From NCBI GenBank assembly GCA_045863335.1, contig BTVY01000019.1, positions 47,039-111,038 on the forward strand: a stretch of 64,000 nucleotides of DNA, in the 5' to 3' direction. Shown one piece after another: positions 1 through 8,543 of the stretch. Numbering within the stretch: the stretch's first letter is position 1; the number at the start of each line of letters is the position of its first letter. Source of the DNA: Candidatus Hydrogenedentota bacterium (GTDB lineage: Bacteria; Hydrogenedentota; Hydrogenedentia; Hydrogenedentales; SLHB01). Under the pieces are notes generated by a model. The model did no database searches. It had not been told where the DNA came from and worked only from the letters and a program-made list of their open reading frames with translations. The translations under genes and the position numbers were made by a program.

Positions 1-1
1 G

Positions 2-403
2 TCTGTCGCGTTGGTCGGCACTGCTCGGCGCGTGCTCCCTGGCGCACTTCCAGACTGGTCACAGGTCATGTACCGGTTGTCTTTGCCGGCAGTCTTTTTG
101 GCTCTTCCCGGTCCCTGGATGGCGTGGATTGCGGGAACCCGGAATGGCGAATTCACCTGGGATCGGATGATCGCGGTAGCGTTGCGGCGCGGCTTCGTCG
201 ATCCCTGGCCGTGGTTGACGCCCATGTACGTTGGGTTGGGCCTGTTTGCGTTCGCGGTTCAAATCGCAATCTATTGCAGGCTCTTCCGCGGGACCGCGCG
301 ACAGCTTTGGGTTATTTATCCGTTGGCCATGATCGTGCTGGTTCTTGTTTCGAGCGTCTTGGCGGCGATGGCGGCGATTCCGTTGCGCTGGTTACTCGAG
401 TAA
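2..403 (+). CDS. Membrane protein, 3' part (frame open to the window edge)
   Basis: Three hydrophobic segments; no stop codon upstream of the track start at 11; ends TAA at 403. Confidence 0.6.
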   Translation, partial: SVALVGTARRVLPGALPDWSQVMYRLSLPAVFLALPGPWMAWIAGTRNGEFTWDRMIAVALRRGFVDPWPWLTPMYVGLGLFAFAVQIAIYCRLFRGTARQLWVIYPLAMIVLVLVSSVLAAMAAIPLRWLLE

Positions 404-428
404 GACCAGAGGAAAAGAACTCAATACG

Positions 429-821
429 ATGCTCGTGGCGCTCGACTACTTTTTCCTGGTTCTGCACACCGGACTGATCTTCTTCAATCTGTTCGGGTGG
501 GTGTGGCGCCGTGCGCGCCCGTTCCATCTGGCTTGCGCGACGCTGACGCTGGGTTCCTGGATCGTGCTGGGGTTTTGGTACGGGTTCGGATATTGTCCGC
601 TCACGGAATGGCATTGGTGCGTGCGCGAAGGCTTGGGGGATTCGGAACTGCCCTACTCGTATCTCAAATTCCTCTTCGACAGATTAACAGGGCTGGACGT
701 AAACGCCCGCCTTGTAGATGCCGCGGCGGTGGCGTCTATGGCGGTCGTCTTTCCGCTGTCGATCGCACTCAACATTCGCGACTTCCGCCGTCGTAGAGCC
801 TCAAGATACAACCCCGTATAG
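429..821 (+). CDS. DUF2784-like small membrane protein
   Basis: LH..FNLFGW and G.CPLT.W motifs; ATG 429 after AGAGGA. Confidence 0.75.
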   Translation: MLVALDYFFLVLHTGLIFFNLFGWVWRRARPFHLACATLTLGSWIVLGFWYGFGYCPLTEWHWCVREGLGDSELPYSYLKFLFDRLTGLDVNARLVDAAAVASMAVVFPLSIALNIRDFRRRRASRYNPV

Positions 822-906
822 TTCGTCGCGCGGCTCGGGTTTTCTCGCGGCCTTCTCGTCCGGTACACTATGCGGAACTGTCTTGGAAAGGAGTCTCCGC
901 AATTCT

Positions 907-1503
907 ATGAACGCACTCACACGGGCGTATCGCAATTGGGTCCATGCACGGAAGTTCGCGAAACTGGGTAAAGGATGCCGGTTCCTCGGTCGCGACCTGG
1001 AACTGGCGGGTCACGTGGAACTGGGGGATTTCTGCCGGGTTCGCGAGGCCGTGAAGCTGCGCGCGAGTGAGAACGCGAAGATAATCATCGGCAGCCGTTG
1101 CCTGTTAAGTTGGAACGTGATCATCGAAGCCGGCGAGTTGGTGGAGATTCACGATCAGGTTGGGCTCGCGGAATACTCGATCATTCGCGATGGCACCCAC
1201 CTCATTTACGGCACCGAGGCGAATTGGCGATACACGCCCAATTACTACACGCCCGTGATCATCGAGGAGAGCGCCTGGATCGGCAGCGGCGCCTATATCT
1301 CGAAGGGGGTCCGTATCGGAAAGGGCGCCGTCATCGGCGTCGGCAGCGTGGTCACGCGGGATGTCCCGCCGTTCGAAGTGTGGGTGGGCGCGCCGGCGCG
1401 CTTTCTTCGCCACCGGATAGATGATTTGCCCGCGGAGTTGGACGACCTGGCCAAGCGCCTCTTGCAGGAGCAGGGGATAAAGCAGGATCGCCGGGAGTTC
1501 TAG
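907..1503 (+). CDS. Hexapeptide-repeat (LbH) acyltransferase
   Basis: VIIEESAWIGSGAYISKGVRIGKGAVIGVGSVVTRDVPP..VWVGAPAR; ATG 907 downstream of AAGGAG. Confidence 0.85.
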   Translation: MNALTRAYRNWVHARKFAKLGKGCRFLGRDLELAGHVELGDFCRVREAVKLRASENAKIIIGSRCLLSWNVIIEAGELVEIHDQVGLAEYSIIRDGTHLIYGTEANWRYTPNYYTPVIIEESAWIGSGAYISKGVRIGKGAVIGVGSVVTRDVPPFEVWVGAPARFLRHRIDDLPAELDDLAKRLLQEQGIKQDRREF

Positions 1504-1505
1504 GG

Positions 1506-2231
1506 ATGGTTCTGCTCCAGGCAATTACGTTCGACTTTTGGCGCACGCTTTTCCACGATCCCGAGCCGCCGGTTCGCCGCAGGGAGATCCGCGCAGAGGC
1601 CCTGGCGCACGCGACAGGCGTGTCGATGGAACGGGCCGTCGAGGCGCTCCTGCACGCGGAGCGCGAGTTTCTGGAGCATCATATTCGCGAACAGCGTACG
1701 CTCGGTCCGCATGATGCGCTCGAAATGGTGTCCGCGTATCTTCACGTGTCCATTGCCGCGCACCAGGAGCGTGAACTCATTCGTGTGTTCGGCGAGGCGA
1801 TCCTCGAGGATTCGCCCATTCCCATCCCGGGCGCGTTGGAGGCCGTCGAAGCGGCGGCGGCGCGCTACCCAGTGGGCGTCGTATCCGATTCGGGGATAAG
1901 TCCGGGCAGTTCCTTGCGCCAACTGTTGCACCGGCATGGATTCACGAAGCACTTTCGTGTGCTGGCGTTTTCGGATGAAGTGGGTGTTGCGAAACCGCAG
2001 GCGCTCATGTTTCAAACGGCGGCGGAAGGGCTCGAGGTCGAGCCGCAGGGTCTGCTGCACATCGGCGATCTGGAAATGACGGATATCGCCGGCGCAAAGC
2101 GAATCGGCGCGCGCGCGGCGTTGTTCGCGGGGGACAATCGCCGCTATCTCGGCAACACGACGGCGGACTACACCTTTACGGAGTGGCGCGAATTCGTGGA
2201 GTTGCTCCCACGCCTTTCGATGACGAACTAA
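1506..2231 (+). CDS. HAD-superfamily hydrolase
   Basis: Motifs FDFWRTL, VVSD, KP, HIGDLEMTDIAGA. Confidence 0.85.
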   Translation: MVLLQAITFDFWRTLFHDPEPPVRRREIRAEALAHATGVSMERAVEALLHAEREFLEHHIREQRTLGPHDALEMVSAYLHVSIAAHQERELIRVFGEAILEDSPIPIPGALEAVEAAAARYPVGVVSDSGISPGSSLRQLLHRHGFTKHFRVLAFSDEVGVAKPQALMFQTAAEGLEVEPQGLLHIGDLEMTDIAGAKRIGARAALFAGDNRRYLGNTTADYTFTEWREFVELLPRLSMTN

Positions 2232-2935
2232 ACGTATTCGTCGGAAAGGAGCCAGGGAGCTTCCAGGTTGGCTTCGTCAAGTTTTTCGGCAAGGTCGGTC
2301 ATGGAGTACGGAACGTGGTTGAACTGGACCGACCACGGACTGCCTTCGGTGCTGATAGTCGCGTAGCATGCCGTAGGCTTTTCCCCATCCCACAGGCCGG
2401 CGCAACCGGGATTGACAAACAACGTGTCATCCACTAAACGCCAGAAGGGTTGACGTCCTCCACCAAGGATCACGATGTGGACGTTGGCGTACTCGCGCTG
2501 CCGCCGGAACCGGTGTTCGTCGTCTTCGGCGCGCAAGCGCTCGGACTGGGTCGCGGGCGTCCCGTGACAGAGGCAGACGGACAGGCCTTCCACCGTGAAC
2601 ACTTTCTTCTTGGGCAAGGTGCCCAAGTACTCCAGGTTTCGGCTGAACGTCGCTTGATGTGTCCACTCGGTCGCTTCGAATACGGCGGGGTCGACGCGCG
2701 ATTTTAAACTCTCGCCTTTACGCCGGGAGCGCACCGCCAAGCGGTCGAGTTCTCCCTGGACCGTCTGCACGCGTTTCGACTGGATCCGCTGCACGACTTC
2801 GTTGGCCCAGGGATACCCCACAACGAGATTGCCGGCAATTGCGATCGTCTGAATACCGGCGTCCTCGATCTCCTTGAGAACGGCGTTTAAGGCAGGAAGG
2901 TTGCCCGAAATGCCCCCGAATGCGGCCATCAACAC
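2228..2935 (-). CDS. Calcineurin-like metallophosphoesterase-fold protein with degenerate metal ligands
   Basis: GISGNLPALNAVL, AGNLVVGYP, CHGTP and VNPG fit the family scaffold; GTG start after GGAGAGGA. Confidence 0.75.
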   Translation of the reverse strand: MLMAAFGGISGNLPALNAVLKEIEDAGIQTIAIAGNLVVGYPWANEVVQRIQSKRVQTVQGELDRLAVRSRRKGESLKSRVDPAVFEATEWTHQATFSRNLEYLGTLPKKKVFTVEGLSVCLCHGTPATQSERLRAEDDEHRFRRQREYANVHIVILGGGRQPFWRLVDDTLFVNPGCAGLWDGEKPTACYATISTEGSPWSVQFNHVPYSMTDLAEKLDEANLEAPWLLSDEYV

Positions 2936-3164
2936 CGCGAGATCCTCTCCACATCACTTCGCCGAAGGACCCCATGTCCCCGGTCGTGCTTGCCAATTGG
3001 TCACTATACAGGCGCGCCGGAGAGGGGTCAACGGTATCGATAAATCATTTTATTGCAATTGTTTGCGCGAGTGTGCGGATCGGTGTGTGTTCTCCTGCCA
3101 CATCTTGGCCTTTAAAATCAAGGGTTTCGTGTACCCAATTTCATTTTAGGCCCAAAAATAGGGC

Positions 3165-3193
3165 TTGACAAAAGCCTCGTTAGTTTGTAAACA
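3165..3193 (+). promoter_or_regulatory. Putative sigma70 promoter of the HU gene
   Basis: TTGACA (3165-3170), 17 bp, TAAACA; AT-rich sequence upstream. Confidence 0.5.
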
Positions 3194-3331
3194 GACGCCG
3201 AGTCGGGTGGGGTCCCAGCCACCAGGGAAACGCGGAACCTCGAGTGCGGGACGCGCCTCTTGCGCGGATCGGTGTGGCGACGGTTCTAGTGAGGCGAAAT
3301 TACTGGGATAGACTATGCGAGGAGGCTAACC

Positions 3332-3625
3332 ATGGCAGCAAAGAAACCGATGACGAAAGCGCAGATCGTAGGATCGCTGGCCGACAAGACCGGCCTGAGC
3401 AAGAAGGACGTGGGGAACGTGCTCGCCGAGCTGACCAATCTTGCCTACAAAGAGGCAAAGACCGGTTTCACGATTCCGGGTCTTGGCAAGCTGGTCGTCG
3501 TGAATCGCAAGGCGCGCATGGGCCGCAATCCGGCCACCGGCGAATCCATCAAGATTCCGGCCAAGCGCGTGTTGAAGTTCCGCATCGCGAAAGCCGCGAA
3601 GGATGCGATCGCGCCCGCGAAGTAA
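3332..3625 (+). CDS. hup: HU family DNA-binding protein
   Basis: MTKAQIV...IPGLGKL...ARMGRNPATGESIKIPAKRVLKFR; RBS GAGGAGG. Confidence 0.95.
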   Translation: MAAKKPMTKAQIVGSLADKTGLSKKDVGNVLAELTNLAYKEAKTGFTIPGLGKLVVVNRKARMGRNPATGESIKIPAKRVLKFRIAKAAKDAIAPAK

Positions 3626-3650
3626 TTTCGCGCACGCTGCTCCAATTGGT

Positions 3651-3682
3651 GGCCCGGGTTTTTATCCGGGCCTTTTTTCTTT
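3651..3682 (+). terminator. Intrinsic terminator after hup
   Basis: GGCCCGG...CCGGGCC stem followed by TTTTTTCTTT. Confidence 0.8.
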
Positions 3683-3691
3683 GCTCCGCGC

Positions 3692-3720
3692 GTGACCGGC
3701 ATGCGGTGCTGCGCTATACT
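3692..3720 (+). promoter_or_regulatory. Putative sigma70 promoter
   Basis: GTGACC, 17 bp, TATACT, about 50 nt upstream of ATG 3769. Confidence 0.45.
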
Positions 3721-3768
3721 CCGGTCTCGCGCTGCGGCGGCGTGTTCGGTGCTCAACTTCAAAAGGGG

Positions 3769-5790
3769 ATGCCTGTGCCACGTGGAGTGCATATCCTGCT
3801 TGCGGCTGCGATCATCGCTGGGCTGGCAATGTTGCTCACTGCGCGATCGCTGCAAAGCGGGTTCGCCACGGACGATCATTTTGCGCGCGCGACATTCAAT
3901 GGGTTCCCAGGCATCCCTGAGTACGAGAACGACGCCTTCAACGCATTCCTTTTTTCCCGCGGCGACCCGGAGCAGAATCGGGCATTGATGAATCGGGGCG
4001 TCTTCCCCTGGTGGACCGTGCCGGCGGCGCGGCTGGCCTTCTGGCGGCCTATGGCGACGTGGTCGCATTATTTCGATTACCGCGTGTGGGGTGACAATCC
4101 CTGGCCCATGCATCTGGAGAACATGCTGCTGTACGGGCTGGTCTGCCTTTTCGCGGCATTGCTGTACTGGCGGCTCATGGAGCCTCCCTGGGTGGCATTC
4201 TTCGCCGCGCTCCTGTTCACCATCGATGAAAACAATGGCCACGCCGTGGGTTGGCTGGCCAACCGGAACATGCTGATGGCGGCCGCCTGCGTGATCCTGA
4301 TCCTGCTCATTCATGACGGCTGGCGCCGGTCGGGCATGAAATCGTGCGCGGTGCTGGGTCCGCTCGTACTGGCTTTCGGTTTCCTGTGCGCGGAAGCCGT
4401 GATCGCAGTGGGCGGTTACCTGCTCGCCTACGCCTTGTTTCTCGACAAGGGCAAGTGGCCACACCGATTGATAACGCTCCTGCCGTATGGCGTCGTCGTT
4501 ATCATATGGAATGTCTTTTACCGGAGTTCGGGGTTTGGCTCCGCCGGTTCCGGATGGTATACGGACCCCGCCAGCAATCCGGTCGGGTTTTTAGGAGCGC
4601 TTTCGCAACACCTGCCGATCCTGCTGGCCGATCTTTTTCTCATGTGGCCGTCGCCGCTTCTGAACCAATTCAACGCCGCGCAGTTCCCCTATATCGTCGC
4701 GTTGCTGGGTTTGGTCGTCGTCGGAATTCTGTTGCTGCTAGTGCCCATGCTCAAGCGCGATCCCGTTTCGCGATTCTGGCTGCTCGGGCTTGTGCTGGCG
4801 CTCGTACCGGTCTGCGCGGTGACGCCGCAACCGCGCGTCGTTCTGATCGCGGGCATCGGTTGTGCGCCGTTGATAGCGCGCTTCCTTACGGCCTGGGCGA
4901 CGCCGCGCCAATGGCTCGGGTTTGCAGGCGTCCTCGCCGTTCTTGGTCTCATCGCCGTCACAGTCGGCATCCCAACCCTGTCCTTTTACACGCAAGCGGC
5001 GCTGATCGCGACGACTCTACTTGTCATCGCCGTGCTGCTGCGGTTCGCGACGGCGCGGGCGGAGTGGATGCCCCACTCCAAGGCGTGGCGCATTCCCGCG
5101 GCGGTGCTTGCGTTCTTGTGGGTTATCTTTCACGGGATCGCGGCGCCCATCGCCATGCCGGGATCGAGCATGCTGCTGGGCGTCTCGGCGAAAAAGATGG
5201 AACGCGCCTACGCGGCCATTCCGTCCGCTCCAGAAGTGGCGGACCGCACGGTCGTGTTGCTGCGTGCGCCGACGGATTTCATGCCGTGGCATTTCGCGTT
5301 GATCCGCGCATCGCTGAATATCCCCTACCCGGGGCGCATGCGCGTGCTGTCGTCGGGCAATCGCAGCGTAAGGGTCGAACGCGTGGACGAACGCACGCTG
5401 CGCCTGAGCGCCGACCCCAACCTGATTGGGAACGCGTCCACGAGCGTGTTTCGCGCGCCGACGGTCCCGATGCACCCGGGAGACATCGTGGAACTCGATG
5501 GGATGACCGTGACGGTGCTTGCTGTGGACGGCAAGGGGATGCCCGCCGCCGCGGAATACCGCTTCGACCTGCCCTTGGATCACACAAGTGTGGACGTGAT
5601 CACCGTCGCGGACGTCCCGTACAAGCTGGTGAATATCAACCGGTACATTCAAACGGAGACGTACGTGCCGATTTCTTTGCCGGCGGAGGGAAGCTCTGCC
5701 CAACTGGAAGAATTGGTAGAACAGAGCGCCGTGTATCAGGAACTCAATACGCGCGACGCCGCGGACGATACACGCGCATCAGAATCCTGA
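3769..5790 (+). CDS. Polytopic membrane protein, GT-C (PMT/TMTC-like) glycosyltransferase candidate
   Basis: TDD acidic motif after TM1, WRP, AVGWLANR, more than 10 hydrophobic helices and a soluble C-terminal domain. Start moved to ATG 3769 because the track start overlaps hup. Confidence 0.65.
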   Translation: MPVPRGVHILLAAAIIAGLAMLLTARSLQSGFATDDHFARATFNGFPGIPEYENDAFNAFLFSRGDPEQNRALMNRGVFPWWTVPAARLAFWRPMATWSHYFDYRVWGDNPWPMHLENMLLYGLVCLFAALLYWRLMEPPWVAFFAALLFTIDENNGHAVGWLANRNMLMAAACVILILLIHDGWRRSGMKSCAVLGPLVLAFGFLCAEAVIAVGGYLLAYALFLDKGKWPHRLITLLPYGVVVIIWNVFYRSSGFGSAGSGWYTDPASNPVGFLGALSQHLPILLADLFLMWPSPLLNQFNAAQFPYIVALLGLVVVGILLLLVPMLKRDPVSRFWLLGLVLALVPVCAVTPQPRVVLIAGIGCAPLIARFLTAWATPRQWLGFAGVLAVLGLIAVTVGIPTLSFYTQAALIATTLLVIAVLLRFATARAEWMPHSKAWRIPAAVLAFLWVIFHGIAAPIAMPGSSMLLGVSAKKMERAYAAIPSAPEVADRTVVLLRAPTDFMPWHFALIRASLNIPYPGRMRVLSSGNRSVRVERVDERTLRLSADPNLIGNASTSVFRAPTVPMHPGDIVELDGMTVTVLAVDGKGMPAAAEYRFDLPLDHTSVDVITVADVPYKLVNINRYIQTETYVPISLPAEGSSAQLEELVEQSAVYQELNTRDAADDTRASES

Positions 5791-5796
5791 GGGATC

Positions 5797-7506
5797 ATGT
5801 CCGGTCTTGACCCGAGACAGCGCTCCGGCCTTTTGGCCTTGGCGTTGGCGTGCTGTGCGGTCGCGTTGTACGCGCGCACGATGGCTTTCCCCTTCGTCTA
5901 TTTCGACGACGACATGTACGTATTCCAGAATTCCATCGTGTCTTCCGGCCTTACGGGCGCAGGGGTGGTTTGGGCGTTTACAACCGGCCACCTCGCGAAC
6001 TGGCATCCGCTCACCTGGGTATCCCACATGATCGACGCGCAGTGCTTCGGCATGTGGGCGGGCGGGCATCATGCGGTAAACGTACTGATTCACGGCGCCA
6101 ACACGGCCATGCTCTTCCTGGCGCTGCGCGCGTTGACGGGCGCGACGCTTCGAAGCGCGTTCGTGGCGCTACTGTTTGCCGTGCACCCGGTCAACGTGGA
6201 ATCGGTCGCGTGGATTTCCGAGCGGAAGAACGTGCTCAGCACGTTCTTCCTTCTGGCGACACTGATGGCCTACGTCCGCCACGTCGAACTGCCTGGCTTT
6301 CGCCGGTACTTGGTGGTCTCCGTCATTTTCCTGCTCGGCCTGATGACGAAACCCATGCTGGTAACCCTGCCCTTCGTCCTGTTGCTTCTCGATTACTGGC
6401 CGTTGAACCGGTATGCGGGCCGCACGCCCATGCAGGCATTGCGACGCTTCGGACGCCTGGCATACGAGAAGATCCCATTGTTTGCGGTCTCGGTTGTCTC
6501 ATCGATGGTCACCTACGCCGCGCAGCATCGTGGCGAAGCGATGTCGGCGATGGCCGAGTTGCCTTTCGACGCGCGGCTTGCGAATGCCGTTCTCGCGTAT
6601 GGGGCGTATTTGAAGCATCTCCTGTGGCCCGCAGGACTCGCGGCCATCTATCCCCATTCGGGAGAATCCTATTCGCTCGTCACGGTTTTCGTGGCGCTTG
6701 GAATACTTGCAGCCATATCCTTCGCGGCGGTTGCCCTGATTCGTCGCGCGCCGTATCTCTTTGTGGGATGGTTCTGGTTTGCCGGTACCCTCGTGCCCGT
6801 GATCGGCCTCGTCCAGATCGGCTATCAATCCATGGCTGACCGCTATCTCTATGTTCCCGCTATCGGCGTGTTCACCGCCGTCGTGTGGGGGATTGCGGAC
6901 TTTTGTGAAGACCGTCCGTTGCGGCGACGCATCGCTTTGTGGACGGGCGCGGCCTGCGTCGCACTGCTCGCCGCTGTCTGCTGGCGGCAGATGACCTATT
7001 GGCGGGGGACGGTACCCTTGTTCGAGCGCGCGATCGCGGTCACCGAAACGAACGCGGAAGCGCACAATCACCTCGCGTACTACTACCTGACCCAGAACGA
7101 ACCGGAAAAGGCGATCCCGCACTGCGAAGCGGCGCAGGAGGACCGTCCTGGCCTGGCGGCCACGTATACGAACTGGGGCGCGGCACTGCGGATGATGGGA
7201 GACGCGCAGGGCGCCATTGCGAAATACGAGGAGGCCTTGCGGCTCAAGGCCGGCGACTCGGTGATCCATACGAACCTCGGCATCGCGCTGCTCCAGTCGG
7301 GCCGAAACGACGATTCGCGCAAGCACCTGGAAGAAGCGGTCCGAATTGATCCCCGGTCGGCCTCCGCGCATGCCTACCTGGGCGCCGCGCTTGCCGCGAT
7401 GGGGATGCCGGAGGATGCCAAAGCCCACTTCGAAAGAGCCCTGGAAATCGATCCCGAATACGAACTGGCCCGTTCCGCGCTGGACGCTTTGTCGACGATC
7501 CCCTAG
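5797..7506 (+). CDS. TMTC-like membrane glycosyltransferase with C-terminal TPR repeats
   Basis: FDDD, NWHPLTW, HPVNVESVAWISERK, KPMLVTLP, ADRYLY; TPR motifs (AHNHLA, YTNWGAAL, HTNLGIAL). Confidence 0.85.
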   Translation: MSGLDPRQRSGLLALALACCAVALYARTMAFPFVYFDDDMYVFQNSIVSSGLTGAGVVWAFTTGHLANWHPLTWVSHMIDAQCFGMWAGGHHAVNVLIHGANTAMLFLALRALTGATLRSAFVALLFAVHPVNVESVAWISERKNVLSTFFLLATLMAYVRHVELPGFRRYLVVSVIFLLGLMTKPMLVTLPFVLLLLDYWPLNRYAGRTPMQALRRFGRLAYEKIPLFAVSVVSSMVTYAAQHRGEAMSAMAELPFDARLANAVLAYGAYLKHLLWPAGLAAIYPHSGESYSLVTVFVALGILAAISFAAVALIRRAPYLFVGWFWFAGTLVPVIGLVQIGYQSMADRYLYVPAIGVFTAVVWGIADFCEDRPLRRRIALWTGAACVALLAAVCWRQMTYWRGTVPLFERAIAVTETNAEAHNHLAYYYLTQNEPEKAIPHCEAAQEDRPGLAATYTNWGAALRMMGDAQGAIAKYEEALRLKAGDSVIHTNLGIALLQSGRNDDSRKHLEEAVRIDPRSASAHAYLGAALAAMGMPEDAKAHFERALEIDPEYELARSALDALSTIP

Positions 7507-7562
7507 AATAGTTCCCGAGCAATGTGCCGTTGCCGTCCGATTCTCGAGAGGGAGGTCACGCC

Positions 7563-8525
7563 ATGGGAACAGGGGGATTCCAGGATGCAGGCGGGCGCAT
7601 GCGCGTCATGGACGCCGTGCAGGCATCCATCGACCGCACGCGCACGATGTTGTTCGAGCCATTCGATTTCGAGCGTTGGCTCACGTTCGGGGTAATCGCG
7701 TTTCTCGATATCTTTCTGGCCGGCGGTGGCCTGTCCCGATCCGGCGCGCGGTTCTCGGGTCAAGGGCAAGGGGGCTCGCAGTCTTCGCCAAATCTGGACG
7801 GCGTGGCGGAGTGGTTGGGTGAGAATGCCGTTTTGATTGTGATGATCGCCGTCCCTCTTATCCTGATCGCGTTGGCGATTCATGTGGGACTCATGTACGT
7901 GGGGTGTCGCGGCCAGGTCATGTTTGTACGCTCCGTATCCATGAACGGCGGCAAGCTGGGCGAGCACTGGAGCGCCGTAAAGCAGCCCGCGTGGTCACTG
8001 TTCCTCTTCCGGCTCGGGCTGCTCGCCGTTTGGCTGGTATTCGTGCTTGTCCTGATTCTGTTCTTTCTCGTTGCGGTCGGGTTGCAGGGTGGATTCCGAT
8101 CCGGTGAGGCGCTGCTGTATACCCTGATTCCCTTTGGCCTCGTAGTAGTGGCGGGATGGGTAGTTCTGGCGTTGATTCAGGTCATGTTGCGGGCCTTCGT
8201 CGTGCCCCTCATGTGGGCGCGCGATCTGTCGTGCACGGAAGCCTGGCAGGTGTTCGTTCCCCTTGCGAAGGCAAACGCGGGCTCCCTCGCCGGATTCGTC
8301 CTGATCAAGATCGCATATAGCATCGGATTCAGTATCGCGACGCTGTTCGTGGGTTGTCTGACCTGTTGCATCGGCTTGCTGCCCGTCGTTCATCACACGT
8401 TGTTCGCGCCGTTCTATGTGTTTGACCGGGCTTTTCCGATGGAAATGCTGGCCATGTCGGGGGAGGACGAGGGCACGTTGTTTGCCCCCGTGCCATATGA
8501 GGCGCCGCCGCCCCTGGTCCGCTGA
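7563..8525 (+). CDS. Conserved membrane protein of unknown function
   Basis: ATG after GGAGGT; several TM segments; CLTCCIG motif. Confidence 0.7.
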   Translation: MGTGGFQDAGGRMRVMDAVQASIDRTRTMLFEPFDFERWLTFGVIAFLDIFLAGGGLSRSGARFSGQGQGGSQSSPNLDGVAEWLGENAVLIVMIAVPLILIALAIHVGLMYVGCRGQVMFVRSVSMNGGKLGEHWSAVKQPAWSLFLFRLGLLAVWLVFVLVLILFFLVAVGLQGGFRSGEALLYTLIPFGLVVVAGWVVLALIQVMLRAFVVPLMWARDLSCTEAWQVFVPLAKANAGSLAGFVLIKIAYSIGFSIATLFVGCLTCCIGLLPVVHHTLFAPFYVFDRAFPMEMLAMSGEDEGTLFAPVPYEAPPPLVR

Positions 8526-8543
8526 CGCGAAGGCCGCGGGCGA

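Noticed and set aside
3244-3768. N-terminal extension making an 848-aa ORF that overlaps hup
   Set aside because: It is an off-frame reading of hup that crosses its terminator; a separate promoter and ATG exist at 3692-3769.
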